From assembly GCF_009914755.1 (NCBI RefSeq), contig NC_060925.1: DNA of 64,000 nucleotides; one strand, written 5' to 3'. Numbering within the stretch: position 1 is the first letter of the stretch; each line of letters opens with the position of its first letter. This stretch comes from the human T2T-CHM13v2.0 reference genome, Homo sapiens. Made by a program: the position numbers and the translations under genes. The notes below the pieces were generated by a model. The model did no database searches, was not told the DNA's origin, and was given only the letters and a program-made list of their open reading frames with translations. Shown here in pieces: positions 27,361 to 40,460 of the stretch.

Positions 27361-30073
27361 GGCAATACTTATCAAAGCCTCACCTGTCCTCTTAGAAGAG
27401 GTAATGTGTACTGGAGGAAAAATTGTAATAAAGATCAAAGAGAGATTGCTATTTTAAATTCAACCTTTTTCAAGAAATCTGCATATTCTCCACATTCTGC
27501 CGATATTATATTTTGAAAACCCCATAAAAGCATGTTTTGCTAATGCAGATTAAAAGAAATTACTAGGGCATAAATATATAGATCATTTTCAATTTAGTCC
27601 CTACTCACTACTGTTTTGTACCTTACCACATCCTCAAATAGCTGCATTCTCCTTTCTCCCACTTGGTGAACTATTGAATCACAATATTCAAATGGAAGGA
27701 CTTCCACACTTTGAATAATTGATCTCAAGCATGTTCCCTGATGATTTGACATTCACTCTGTTCTTCTCCCTGAAGTATATTTATATCAATAACTGCAGCT
27801 TCAGTTGCCCTTATATCACAGTGTTCCTTTTTAAGAGCAAACTGATACCGTAAGTAATTGCTAGCCTCTTTCTGAAAAATTTTATTCTTTCTGCAATTTG
27901 AACTTAGAGCAACAGACTTTGTCAAAGGCAAACCAGCACATTTTTCTCTTTTAAAAACACAAGTTTTGAACGCCTGTGAAAGGTCTCCATTCAATTTGAC
28001 ACTCAGCCAAGTCCTAGGAAAATAAAACTCACAGTCTTGTTTATTTTTTCTCTACTTTTTCTCCAACTTCCTCTATATTTTAAAACATATTTTCTGGCCT
28101 CATGAATAAAAACAAACAAAAATGTGGCAGAGAGCACAAGCATGAAAGTTAAATTTCAGAATGGGCTACATTTAGCTATTCTGTTGCTTCTAGTCTGACT
28201 CTTTATTTGCACAGCAATTAATCAGCTATGGTATGTCTTTTAACTGAGTAAACGATCATCAACCTCTCCTAAACATGTTAAGAAGTTCATTTCCGTCTGA
28301 ATTGTCCTGACAAATACTAAAATAGATAACCTTAATAAGGCACTAATGAGATCATTATAACTAGTTTTGTCTGTATTTAAAGTACAGATTTAAGATCTTC
28401 ATTAATGATTAACTACTGGAAAACTTTGTTCAATCCCTTGAGTTATTTTTAATCTCTATATACTATAATTACATATATTCAATCATAAAACTTTCCATGG
28501 TGCTGAACACAATTGAACTTTGAATAAGAACAAGTACGTTACACATCTTGGCTGTTTAAAAAGGTTAATCTTTAAGTAGATTAATGACATAGTGATCTTC
28601 ACTCAGTTCAAGCTTTTTTTCTTTTTGACTGAGGAAAAGATACGTTACTACAAGCTATTTCATATCTTTCTGATGGAACTTACATGAATGACTCCTTTAG
28701 AATATTGAACAATCAGAACCCTGAACTTTCTATTATAAGGTGTCTCTGAGATCAGATAAGTAGGATGTGGCCTATCACTGGTCTTTATTTTCAGTTGTGC
28801 TAAAATGAAACAAGTGTGTTTTCTCCCGTCAGTTTCAGAGGAGAGTGGATATTAAATGTTAAATCACATTTAAGCTGAAGTCAATGTACAAAACTTTCAA
28901 CCCTAAAGTTGCCTAAGGGAATCAGAAATAAGGGCATTTTACGGGTGTTACTATAAAATTAAAGAGGAGACAGAAATGTGGGATGTTTCCTTTCATTAAA
29001 TGCCAAATAGTTATTTCAAACAACTTGTAGATGACTGTATTTTAATGTTATGACATACAATTTTCAAAATTAAATGTGTTTTAAGTCAAATTTGCTAATA
29101 GTATCCAGCAAAAAGATAAATTTTAGAAACATAATTCTCTAACTGTTCAGGCCTTTCAAAATATAGTTTGCCATGGGCCCAACAAGGCCAAGGGTGAAAT
29201 GCAATATTTTCTGATCCTAAAATCTTTGCAAAAAAGGAATGCAGAAAATCAATGCAGAATTATATAAAATATGTTTGAGGCACAGACTAGCTCTTCATCT
29301 ATACTCCAACTAAACTACTCCCTCTCACAAGATACCACTTTTTAATATAGTACAATTACCTCCATACTGACTGCAAAATGGCAGTTAAACCTTTAAAGTG
29401 TAAATCTTTGCTTTTGTGTGTTTACCTGTCATGGACTTTAAACAGTGTGGAGAGAGGACTAAGGAAGGTGGTAAGCTATTTATAAATTGGAAAGTCTTTT
29501 TGCATTTATCTAGGAATATAGACATTGTCAATATGTGATTGAATTACTGCACCAGTTTTCCTGGAGGATTTGTATGTTTATTGCTTTTTTGTAAGACATT
29601 TATCCAGCTCTCTCAATCCTGTTCTCTTTCTTGCATGAGTTCACACATATTAAAATGCAAGTGTCTTGCTTGTCTGATATGTCTTTTGCATTATTTGAAA
29701 CCCTGAAGCCCCAATATTTCTTGATATCTGTACAATTCTGAAACAAAATTATTTAGTAATAATATTCCAGGGATAAGGCAATAATGAAATGTATATGCAA
29801 CAAAAAGTTCACAAGCCATCATTTCAATTTTCCTCTTGAATTTTCAGGGTAAAGTTGAAGGAAACATTTACTTTTGAAGAAAGAACAAAACTCTAAATTA
29901 TTATCATCACAGCCTGTGAATTATTCTTTGATGCCTATTGTGCTAAATAGGAGATTTTATACAACATAAAGTTAAGGCAATATTTACTTTAGCAGCTTAC
30001 ATTTTAAAGAATAAAAATGAGAAAATAAATATGAATTTGGATATATACATCTAAATTCAAGGAACCTAGAACA

Positions 30074-30490
30074 TGATATGGTTTGTGTATTTGTCCCCTC
30101 CAAATCTCAGGTTGAAATGTAATCCCCGCTGTCAGAGGTGGGGCCCAGTGGGTTATATTTGGGCCATGGGGGCAGATCTCTCATGAAGGGTGTGGTACCA
30201 TCCCTGTGGTAATGCATGAGTTCTAGCAATCTATTATTTCACACCTGTGCCGCTTGTTTAAAAGAGCCTGGCATCTCTCTTGTGCCCTCTCTTGCCATGT
30301 GACACATCTGATCTGCTCTCCCTTTGTTTTCCCCGATGATCAGAAGCTTCCTGAGGTCCTCACTAGAAGCAGATGCCAGCACTATGCTTCTTGTAGAGTC
30401 TGCAGAACCTGGAAACAATTAAACCTCTTTTCTTTATAAATTACCCAGCCTTGGGTATTCCTTTATAGCAAGGCGAAATGGACTAATACA
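30074..30490 (+). mobile_element. MST (B-like) solo LTR
   Basis: tgatatggtttg..tttgtcccctccaaatctc..gttgaaatgtaatcccc ... ggactaataca. Confidence 0.92.
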
Positions 30491-30554
30491 AAATAATATG
30501 AACCAAAGTACAAATACTCATTCATGATGATAAAGCAGAAACCAGCATTTACTA

Positions 30555-30634
30555 TTAGGTTGGTGCAAATGTAACTGCAGTTTCTGCCATTACTTTCAAT
30601 GGCAAAACGCGCAATTACTTTTGCACCAACATAA
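30555..30634. mobile_element. MADE1 MITE (Hsmar1-derived, 80 bp)
   Basis: ttaggttggtgcaaa...ttttgcaccaacataa. Inverted repeats of ~37 bp with TA on both flanks. Confidence 0.96.
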
Positions 30635-31269
30635 TATGTTCTATTACACAGGAAGTTGCTCCAGGTTGTCAAAAAGTGATCAGTGCTGGTTGGTAACCAT
30701 TGTATCCTAGTGTGTGGGTCTAGGGATCAGTTATATGCCAGGCAAGTCTCTGATCCCCTGAAGTTCACAGATAAGAAATTATATGTAGAATATGATATAA
30801 ACACGAGAGAGATGCACAGGATGCATAAGATGCATGGAATCAGGGGTAAGGGCTTCTAAAGTAGTTTGGGGAGTGTAAGGAAAATATTGGACTGAGAAGC
30901 TGGTTCTAAGGGTAGAAATGCCTCTGTGTCTAAGGTAGCAGTATGCTTGTAGGTACCATAGGTATAGAAGCAAGAGCAACCTTGGCATTAGGTAAAAGTG
31001 TGAGTAGCTCAGTATGGTTGATTATGGCCTGGGGCAGTGGCAGGGGATGGCAACAGAAAAGGCTGGAGATGTAAGCTGGGACAAAATCATCCAGAGCATG
31101 GAATACCATGACTAGGTAACTTTTATCCTGGAATCATATTCTTTCTTCAAGTTTTAGTTAAAATGTTATCTCTCCCACAAAGTCTTCCCTGATCCTTCCA
31201 GTAAGAAGTGATCACTCCCCCATGGAGCTCCTACAGATCTTTGTTTGAATTGCTCCTTTGACAGGTACC

Positions 31270-31500
31270 AAATTTTCTACTGCAATAGGTAATGGAGTGA
31301 AAAGTATAAGAATCTAGGATTCAGAGGGCAAGAGGTTCTACTCCCAATTTTGTCACTTTGCAGTGGTCTATTTGCCTTTGGGCAGATCTGTTCACCTTAT
31401 TTTCCTTTACCTGTAAACTCTGCGTAATAGTAGTTACAAACATTTGTCATTCAGGGTTATTACGAGTATGTGAAAGTGGCTTTAGAAATTTTGAAATTTC
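31270..31500 (+). mobile_element. MIR (degenerate)
   Basis: ggttctactccc..gcctttgggcag..tttcctttacctgtaaa..atgtgaaagtg. Confidence 0.6.
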
Positions 31501-32073
31501 TAAAAATTGAGGTGTTTGAATATATGTCATCTATTTCCTATAAGAATGCACACACCTTAAAGGGAGCAAGATTTAGATTCTAGAAGAGGTGGATAATAGT
31601 TTGCCAATTATTTATAAGCCTAAAACCTTGAAGATTAATTTATCTCAATCCTTCCTCTTTCCAGGAAATCTTCCTTCAGTTCTTTTCCATGATAAGTCAG
31701 CTTCCTGTTAGCTTCCTCTCTCCTTGAGGCATAGACATGTGCATAGCTATCTCACTGCACATGGCTTATCATGCCTTCTCCTGATCTTCTTCCTCTCAGC
31801 TTCTTTTGCTGGATCTTCTTACTCTTCCTGTTCATAAAATGCTAAAATAGCCATTGGACCTCTTTTTTTTTCTTTATCTGTATGCATTTCTTAGTTTATC
31901 TCAACAGGTTCCACAACTTTTTATAACATGTTTATGGCATGAAGGTTCAATTTATGTATTCAGTTCTTTCTTCTCCTTGAACTTCAGGGTCAAATATCTA
32001 ACTAGTTAATCTATATCTTCATTTGGATGTCTGATAAGATGTCTTAAGTTCAACATATCCAAAAAGAACTATT

Positions 32074-33341
32074 CTTTCCCAAGGCTGATGTCCAGAATGG
32101 TGTTTCCTAGGTTTTCTTCTAGGACTCTTAATGGTCTTATATTTAAATCTTATGACTAAGTTCTCAAAAGCAATTGCAACAACAACAAAAATTGACAAGT
32201 GTGACCTAAGTAAACTAAATAGCTTCAGCACAGCAAAAGAAATTACCAACAGCTTAAACAGAGAGCCTACAGAATGGGAGGAAATATTTGCAAACTATGC
32301 GTCCAACAAAAGTCTAATATCCAGAATCTATAAGAAACTTAAACAGGTCAACCAGCAAAACATAAATAACTCCATTAAAAAGCTGGCAAAAGACATGAAC
32401 AGGCACTTCTCAAAAGAAGACATACAAGTGGGCAACAATGAAAAAATGAAAAAATGTTCAACATCATTAATCACCAGAGAAATGAAAATCAAAACCACAA
32501 AGGGTTACCATCTCACACCAGTCAGAATGGCTATTAAGAAGTCAACAAATGTGACACAGCAAGACTCTGTCTCAAAAAAAAAAAAAAAAAAGTCAACAAA
32601 CAACAGATACTGGTGAGGTTGTGGAGAAAAGGGAATGCTTATACACTGTTGGTGAGAATGTAAATTAGTTCAGCCACTGTGGAAAGCAGTTTGGAGATTT
32701 CTCAAAGAACTTAAAACAGAACCAGCATTTAATGCAGCAATCTCATTACTGGGTATATATCCAAAGGGAAATAAATTGTTCTACCAAAAAGACACATGTG
32801 CTTGTATGTTCATCACAGCACTATTCACCATAGCAAAGACACGGAAACAACCCAGGTGCCCATCAATGGTGAACTGAATAAAGAAAATCTGGTACATACA
32901 CACCATGGAATACTATGCAGCCATAAAAAAGAATAAGATCATGTCTTTTGAAGCAACCTGGATGCATCTGGAGGCCATTATCCTAAGTGAATTAACGCAG
33001 GAACAGAAAACCAAATACTGTATATTCTCGTTTATAAGTGGGAGCTAAACACTGGGTATACATGGACATATAGATGGGAACAACAGACACTTGGGACTAC
33101 CAGAGAAAGGGAGGAAGGAAAGGAGGTAAGGGTTGAAAAACAACTCACTGGGTACTAAGCTCACTACCTGGGTGACAGGATCATTCATATCCCAAACCCC
33201 AGCATCACACAAATTACCCATGTAACAGACCTGCACGTGTACCCTTGAATCTAAAATGAGAGTTGAAATTAAAAAAAAAAAGAGAACACAAAAAACACAA
33301 AACAAACAAATAAACAAACAAACAAAATGCCCCTCAAATCA
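32074..33341 (+). mobile_element. Older L1PA15/16-like 3' fragment with ~75-bp 5' inversion, inserted in an L2
   Basis: 32074-32150 is reverse-complement ORF2. From ~32151 forward ORF2 C-terminus and 3'UTR, then an A/CAAA tail. TSD aaaaagaactatt (32061-73) / gaaatgaactatt (33342-54). Confidence 0.88.
32551..32586 (+). mobile_element. Extremely 5'-truncated Alu (23 nt + poly-A)
   Basis: gtgacacagcaagactctgtctc + A-run. TSD aagaagtcaacaaa (32536-49) / aaaaagtcaacaaa (32587-600), preceded by TT. Confidence 0.9.
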
Positions 33342-34904
33342 GAAATGAACTATTGATCCTCCTCCCTTACTCTTTTGCCATAAAGCTGTTCTCCAGAGTT
33401 TACTTAAAATGGCACTACTGTTTGTTCACATGCTCAGCCCAAACTATTTGAAGTTATTTATAATTCCCTTTCCTCTTGTATCACACATTCAACCCATCAG
33501 TTAATCCCATTGACCTTCTCTAAAACATATTCTGAACACAACATTCTCCCTCCTCCAATTCCTCCATTGCTACTACACTGGTCTAAACCACAACTGTCTC
33601 TTGCTTAGATTCCTGAATTAGCTTTAAAAATAATTACCCTGTCCCCATTCTTATGCTGTATAGTCTGTCTGCTACACAACAGCCATGGTGCCCATTTATT
33701 TAGAAATTGAAATTAGATCATATAACTACCTTAACAATTAGAATAAATCCCAAAATCCATGCAGGGCCTACATGATCTCTGGTTAGTCCTCCAATCTCAT
33801 TGTCAACTATTCACTCTCCTATTCAACTTACTTCACACCATGCATCCTTATTGCTGTTTCTGAGCATTCTACTATATTTAGCCCTTTGTCTTTGGGATTT
33901 CTGATCTATTTATTTAGTTTGTGATTGCCTAGTTCACCTTATGTGACTAACTCTGACTAATGTGCCAGTGTTAAGTGTTTACTGTCAATTCATCTCATGA
34001 CTCAGTCTGTTCCAGGAAATGCAAAGATTAAAAAGAATTTCTGTTGATTGCAGCTTAATATTTTCCTTATTCTAAAATGTTTCTTTCTGTCTTGAGCAAT
34101 ACCTAACTACTAGTAACTACCAGAAATGTTAGTGAAAGTTTGCCTTCTCAGGGGCTTCATCTCATAAGAAAGTACCAGAAAAGCCAAAAGTAATGCGCCA
34201 GTCTATAACAAATCTGTGTTTTTGATAATCTAATTTTTAAAAGTTACATTTACTTTCTGACTGCCCCTTATCACATTACAGTTCAGGGCAGAACAACCAG
34301 AAACTACAGAAAGTAAATGGACAGGGAAAGAGATGTGCCATTGTTGTTGATAATGTGCCGGCACATGACTAAGCTGTGATAGTTCAATATTTCTTAATGT
34401 TCTTAACTCAATGCCTAGATTTAAAAAGTCACAGATCAGAGCTGCAATTATGCCAAATACCTGGTGGTTTTATTAAACCCCCAAACAGATTTCCTGTTGT
34501 TGCTCCCCTCTAAAAGTTTCAAAATATGCAGAGAAAAATGAGGACAGCCAAATGAGGATAATCTGATGTGTACAGTTGAAAATAAAGCATCATTTAGGAA
34601 GAAACAAAGTTTTCTGTTATGTAGTAATGATGCAAAGGGCTAGAGAAATCTATAACCCTGAATTCTGACAGTGCAGATAATAATCTGTTTTTCTTGCACA
34701 ATGAAATTTACTATCAGTGTATGAATTTTAACTGTGTGTAGATATATATGCACACTCTAACACATATATACATAAATATATATTACACTCTTACTAAGAC
34801 AATGGTATTTCGTAAAAATTTTTTTTTTCCCACAGCTCTTTGCAGACACTAAACTTGAGCTTCTGAATGGCAGAAATTGACTTTTAAAATATATGACTTC
34901 TTAA

Positions 34905-35024
34905 AAAAATTCAACTTTGATTCTAGATTCAGGTGACGGACATGCAGATTTGTTCCATGAGTATATTGCATGATGCTGAAGTCTGTGATATGAATGATCC
35001 TGTCACCCAGGTAGTGAGCATAGT
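34905..35024 (-). mobile_element. L1PA15/16-like 3'-end fragment
   Basis: catgcagatttgtt..tattgcatgatgctga..gatcctgtcacccaggtagtgagcatagt. Confidence 0.85.
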
Positions 35025-35393
35025 GGTGAATCTGTAAGACATTAGATTCTGATATTACAATTTCCAAGGGATTGTTTTTGAAATTACATTAAGCATACCC
35101 CATACTTTGTTTAAACATGGCAGATTCCCCACACATATATGAGAAGTTTTGGAAGATGAAAAGCAGATTGTAAAATGATAACTGACTTAGTAGAAAAAAA
35201 AGAACATTCAACATGTAGAACTCCCAAAAAGGCAGCTAAAGACAGGGTACTGGAGAGCACAGTTCAAGCAGGGAGGCACAGTGGGTGAAATGTGAAGACT
35301 GTCTGAAGATGGTATATAGAGCCAATTGGACCCCAGTTTCCATCACAACCCTGTGCAATCAGGTTTCTAGTGGTCCACTGGAGACAGAGATTT

Positions 35394-35690
35394 GTTTGTT
35401 TGTTTGTTTGTTTGTTTGTTTACTTGAGATGGAGTCTGGCTCTGTAACTCAGGCTGGAGTGCAGTGGTGCGATCTTGGGTCACCGCAACCTCCGCCTCCG
35501 GAGTTCGAGCGATTCTCCTGCCTCAGCCTCCGAGTAGCTGGGACAACAGGTGTGCATGACCATGCCTGGCTAATTTTTGTATTTTTAGTAGAGATGGGGT
35601 TTCACCATGTTGGCCAAGCTGGTCTCAAACTCCTCACCTTAGGTGATCCGCCCACCTCAGCCTCCCAAGGTGTTAGGATTACAGGCGTGA
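35394..35690 (-). mobile_element. AluS with (TTTG)n tail, slightly 5'-truncated
   Basis: TSD gagacagagattt (35381-93) / gagacagaaattt (35689-701). Confidence 0.95.
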
Positions 35691-36298
35691 GACAGAAATT
35701 TATTTTTATAGAAGTGTACTAGAGATACTCCAGATATCAAAACTAGTGGAAGGCTGTAATTGAGACAGGAAACTGAAAGCAAGGAAATGAAATGAAAGTC
35801 TGCATATTGAAAGCTGGGACTACCATTCATCCACTGATCCCTTTTTTACAGAAAGGCACATTGCTTTCATGACGGAGATCTGAGGATCCTTCTAAGAAAT
35901 TGTTTATCCCCAGAGAAAAGACCTGAAGATACTCACATTTGTCAGCCACAGTAAAAGGAAGAGCTTACCACTCAATCTCCTCTGCAATAAAGCTCCCTAG
36001 CTGTTAAATTTCACTCACATACTCAAGGCTTCCAATCAACTTTTTAATATCTCACACTTAAAAACTAAATTGAGGATGTCTTGAATCTCCAGACATTTCA
36101 GAAGTTTTTTTTTTTACATGAACTAGAGAAACCAAAACAAATAATCAAAATAAATAAATGAATAATGAGGCAGAAGATATAGAGATTTATATACGCATTG
36201 AAGGGAAACTGTAAGAAAAAAACCAAACATAGCTAACATCTTCAGAGACAGTACAGAATGAACTGCATCCAAAAGATAATGCAATCAAGAAGAAACCA

Positions 36299-36930
36299 CC
36301 AAAGAAAATGATATCAATATGCTGAAGAGATATCTGTGCTCCCATGTTTATTGCAGCACTATTCACAACAGCCAAGATATGGAATCAAACTAAATGGCCA
36401 TCTATAGATAAATAAAGAAAATGTGGTATGTACGCAATGGAATACTATTCAGCCATAAAACAGAATGAAATCCTTTCATTTGTGGCAACATGGATGAACC
36501 TGCAGGGTATTACGTTAAGTGAAATAAGCCAGGCAGAGTAAGACAAATACTGCATGAACTCACTCACATGTGGAATCTGAAAAAGTTGATTTCATGGAAG
36601 TAGAGAGTAGAAAAGTGGTATTAAGAGACTGGGGAGGGGTAGGGGGAGCAGGGGCCTGGATAGGTTAGTCAATGAATACAAAGTTATAGTTAGGAAGAAA
36701 CATTTCTGTTGTTTCATTACACAGTAGGGAGATTACAGCAAATAACAATATAGTGTATATCTCAAGATACCTCGAAGATTTTAAATCTTATCTCCACAAA
36801 GAAATGATAAATGCTTAGAGTGATGGATATGGTAATTACCCCGATTTGATCATTATACAATGTATTCGTGCACTGGAACATCACTACACACCCCATAAAA
36901 ATACAATTATTGTTCGATTATAAATACAAC
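36299..36930 (+). mobile_element. L1MA 3' end nested in an older L1M ORF1-like relic (~35780-37690)
   Basis: cccatgtttattgcagcactattcaca ... gtgatggatatggtaattaccccgatttgatcatt. Confidence 0.85.
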
Positions 36931-37699
36931 ATCATTTTAAAAACTATCAAAAGCAGAAAGAGTTGTACAAAAGTTAAAATATAATGATCAATAAAAAATA
37001 AGTTACAGGTATGATATCAAAGAAATCTCCCAAAAGAGAAAGCAAAATTCAAATAGGAGAAACAAAACAAAATAAATCAGAGGGGAGAATGACTAAAAGA
37101 AAGAATGGAGAAAATGGGAAGAAAAAATGATAAACAGATAACACCAGAGAATTTCCAGACCTAAAAATAAAATTTTCCACATAGAAAAGAGCTGAGAGTA
37201 AAACAAGAAATTAAAAGGAAAATCCAGGTTGTGAAAACCAGATCACAAGAGATAAAGAGCAGATACTACCAAAAGGATAAAACAATTTGAAAGAGAGAAA
37301 ATATATAAATATATATATGGATGTGCATATATATAATTTAAATCAAAGAGCAGATAACAGATGAGATCAGCCCTCTCTATAACTGATAGAAGAAACTAGA
37401 ATATTGGCTATAAATACTTAATTAAAAATTGTTTTCAATATAAAATTTTATACCCAATCAAATTAAGTATGAGGATAGAATAAAAACATTTTCAAATATG
37501 CAAATTTTATCTAAAGTTTCTCAGAATGCTTAGAATATCTCAGGAAGTTATCAAACTAAGTCCCAGAAAAATAAGTAAATATACTAAGGGTGAGAAATGT
37601 ATGGGATCCAGAAATAGAGGGTTTAACACACATAAGCTAAGGAACATCCCTAAATGACATCAATTAGGACACACAGGGAATAATTTTAATTTTTTCCCC

Positions 37700-40460
37700 C
37701 ATGATGTATAACAAAGTGCAATATCACGAGTAGGGTATAAAATTATCTACCTCATCATTATCTTTGAATTATATATTGCCTTTAAATATTTTACCAATTT
37801 GATACTCAAAAATAGCTCACCATTGCTTCACTTTGCATGTCTTCGCAAACTGAGTTTTAAGAGTTTTTGCACATAAGTTATTGGCTTTTTTCCATCTATT
37901 GCTCAAATAACTTTAAATATCTATCTCTATTTTAAGCCAGAGCAGCTCAGAGTTGCTTTTATTGACTTACCACTTGATATTATGTTTGATATTAAACCTA
38001 CACTGAGGGATGTTGTAAGAGAAAACCCACTGGTGTTACTGTGTTGACTACAAAGCTTTTGTTGAGGATACAGCTATTTTATGACATCATACTCTCTGAG
38101 TGAGAAGTCATAGACTTTGATTCTGAAGCAATTGCATTATTGTTGTCTTATGAACACTGTTTCATATTCGTCTTCTAATTTTGTTCTTTTTTTGATATAT
38201 AAAAAATTAAAGACAATATGCAGTCAAATATTTGCAATATTTTCACTGATATTTTTCCATTTATCTTTACAAAGCTTTCCTTTACCATTTTCTCTTTTTT
38301 TCAGAGATGCAGAGGTTGTTTAATATTAGGAAATACATTAATATTATTTTATGACTCTAATAGACAAAAGCAGAAAATCATATATTTTCTAGATACACTA
38401 GTTTATTTGACTAGACAGAAGCTAATTTACTAGTATAAAATTTTTAAAATAAAATTCAACTTTTTTCTTGCCAACATTTATTTTAGGTTCAAGGGGTACA
38501 TGTGCAGGTTTGTTACATGTATAAATTGCATGTTGCATGGGTTTGGTGTATAGAGAATTTTGTCACCTAGTTAATCATCATAGGTAGTTTCTATCCTCAC
38601 CCTCCTCCTAACCTCCTCTCTCAAATAGGCCCCAGTGTCTATTGCTCCCTTCTTTGTGTCCATGTGTACTTAGTGTTTAGTTCCCACTTCCGAGTGAGAA
38701 CGGTATTTGGTTTTCTGCTTCTATGTTAATTTGCTTAGGATAATGGCCTCCAGCTTCATCCATGTTGTTGCAAAGGCCATGATTTCACTTTCATATGCTG
38801 TGTAGTATTCCATGGTGTTTATATACCGCATTTTCTTTATTCAGTCCACTGCTGATGGGCATCTAGGCTGGTTCCATGTCTTTGCTATTGTGAATAGTGC
38901 TGTGATGAACACATGTATGCATGTGTCTTTATGGTGAAATGATTTTCAAATAGGATAAACATACACCTATCTTTTTTCTTTTTTAATAGTTTAATTTAGT
39001 ACAATTGTTAAAATTTTAGTCTACAATTTATTTTGATACATAGTATGAAGAAAAGTTAATACTTAGACTTTTTTCTAAATAAATAGCTAATTTATCCATT
39101 GATTATCTGTTTAATAAAACATCTTTTGTTTCCCTGACAATTGGTTTGAGTGTCTTCTTTTATATGCGATATTCTTGGAAATACGAAGACTATTTCAGAG
39201 TTCTCTGTTCCATTGGTTTAATCTACTGGTTCTTGTGCCAGAAAACATTGTCTTAGTTATTATAATTTTGAAATTGGTTTAAATAATCTGTTATGTATGT
39301 CCTTTTTCACCTTTCATCTAGGTGAAAAAGTTGCTTAGTGATTTTTTCCTGTTTCCTCTTGCTCTTAAATTTTAAAGTAATTTTATGTGTCTTAGAAAAA
39401 AGCTCATTTCAATTTTGTAATTGACTTAATTTGAAATAACTGCCATATTCATTTCTAATTTGAACTAAATGCCATATTATGAGTCTTTTATTATAACTCA
39501 ATTTAATATAACTCAATTTGAAATAAACGCCGTATTTACTATGAGTCTTCTACTATAAGAACATATTGTGTTTTGTCATACATTCAAAGCTGCTTCTCTA
39601 TGCTGAAGTAGTTATGTTGTTTCTTTCAGTCCCATATATTATTTAAGAATGAGTGTTTTATACTTCGTTTTTGCTAGTTTGAATGCTGGTGTATAGGAAA
39701 GCAATTGTTTGTATGTCTACTGTACAGTGGAACACTGGGTCCAAGAGTATAAGCCTTGGAATCAGTCAGATCTGACCTCAAGTACCAATGGACCTCAGGC
39801 CTTGGTATTGTTTTTCTCATTTATAAAATGATTCTTTGTGAAAGCTGCCTAACTCAGAGCCTGGTACACAAAATCTCCTTAATAAAAGGCAGCCGATATA
39901 ATACCTTAAGCATCACCATTATCATCTCACTATCTTATACTTTAATTAATTCTGAGATTTAAATTAACTCTTCACATTTCCTAGGTATATGAACAGAGCA
40001 TCTCTATTAACAATAATGGTATTTTCTAGAATGATACGTCACTTCTTTCATGTTACATGTGTCACACATAACTTTCACAACAATATTAAATAACAATGTT
40101 CATGGTATATATCTTTGTCTTGACTTTTATTTTAATGGAACTATTTTTAATAGTAAACTCACTCATTAAGTGTGAGTTTGACTTTTGGTTTATGATGTAT
40201 ATTCTCAATATTAATATTTATCATAAACTACTTTTAGTTTTCTAAGATTTTAAACAGAAAGTGATACTGAAATTTTAGAATGAGTTTCCAGATCATTTCA
40301 AAAGAATTAAGCTTTTTCATATTGGATACAGTTATATAGTATATTATGTTAATAATGTTCATAATATTAAGCCATCTTTGCATTCCTGGAATATTCTTCT
40401 TTGGTCAGGATGGCTATATCTTTTAATGTGCTGTTGAATTTAATTTCCCAGCAATTAATA
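37700..40460 (-). mobile_element. Old L1M ORF2 relic (fragmented)
   Basis: T-rich sequence with reverse L1 motifs (ttctctgttccattgg, gccatctttgcattcctggaat, tggtgtataggaaagcaatt). Boundaries approximate. Confidence 0.7.
38470..38945 (-). mobile_element. L1PA13-16-like 3' end
   Basis: ttttaggttcaaggggtacatgtgcaggtttgttacatg ... gtctttgctattgtgaatagtgctg. Confidence 0.9.

Larger units (their letters stand above)
31730..33870 (+). mobile_element. L2 relic split by the L1 at 32074-33341
   Basis: atttggatgtct..ttcaacatatccaaaa..gaact | tgatcctcc: L2 sequence resumes after the TSD. Confidence 0.8.
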
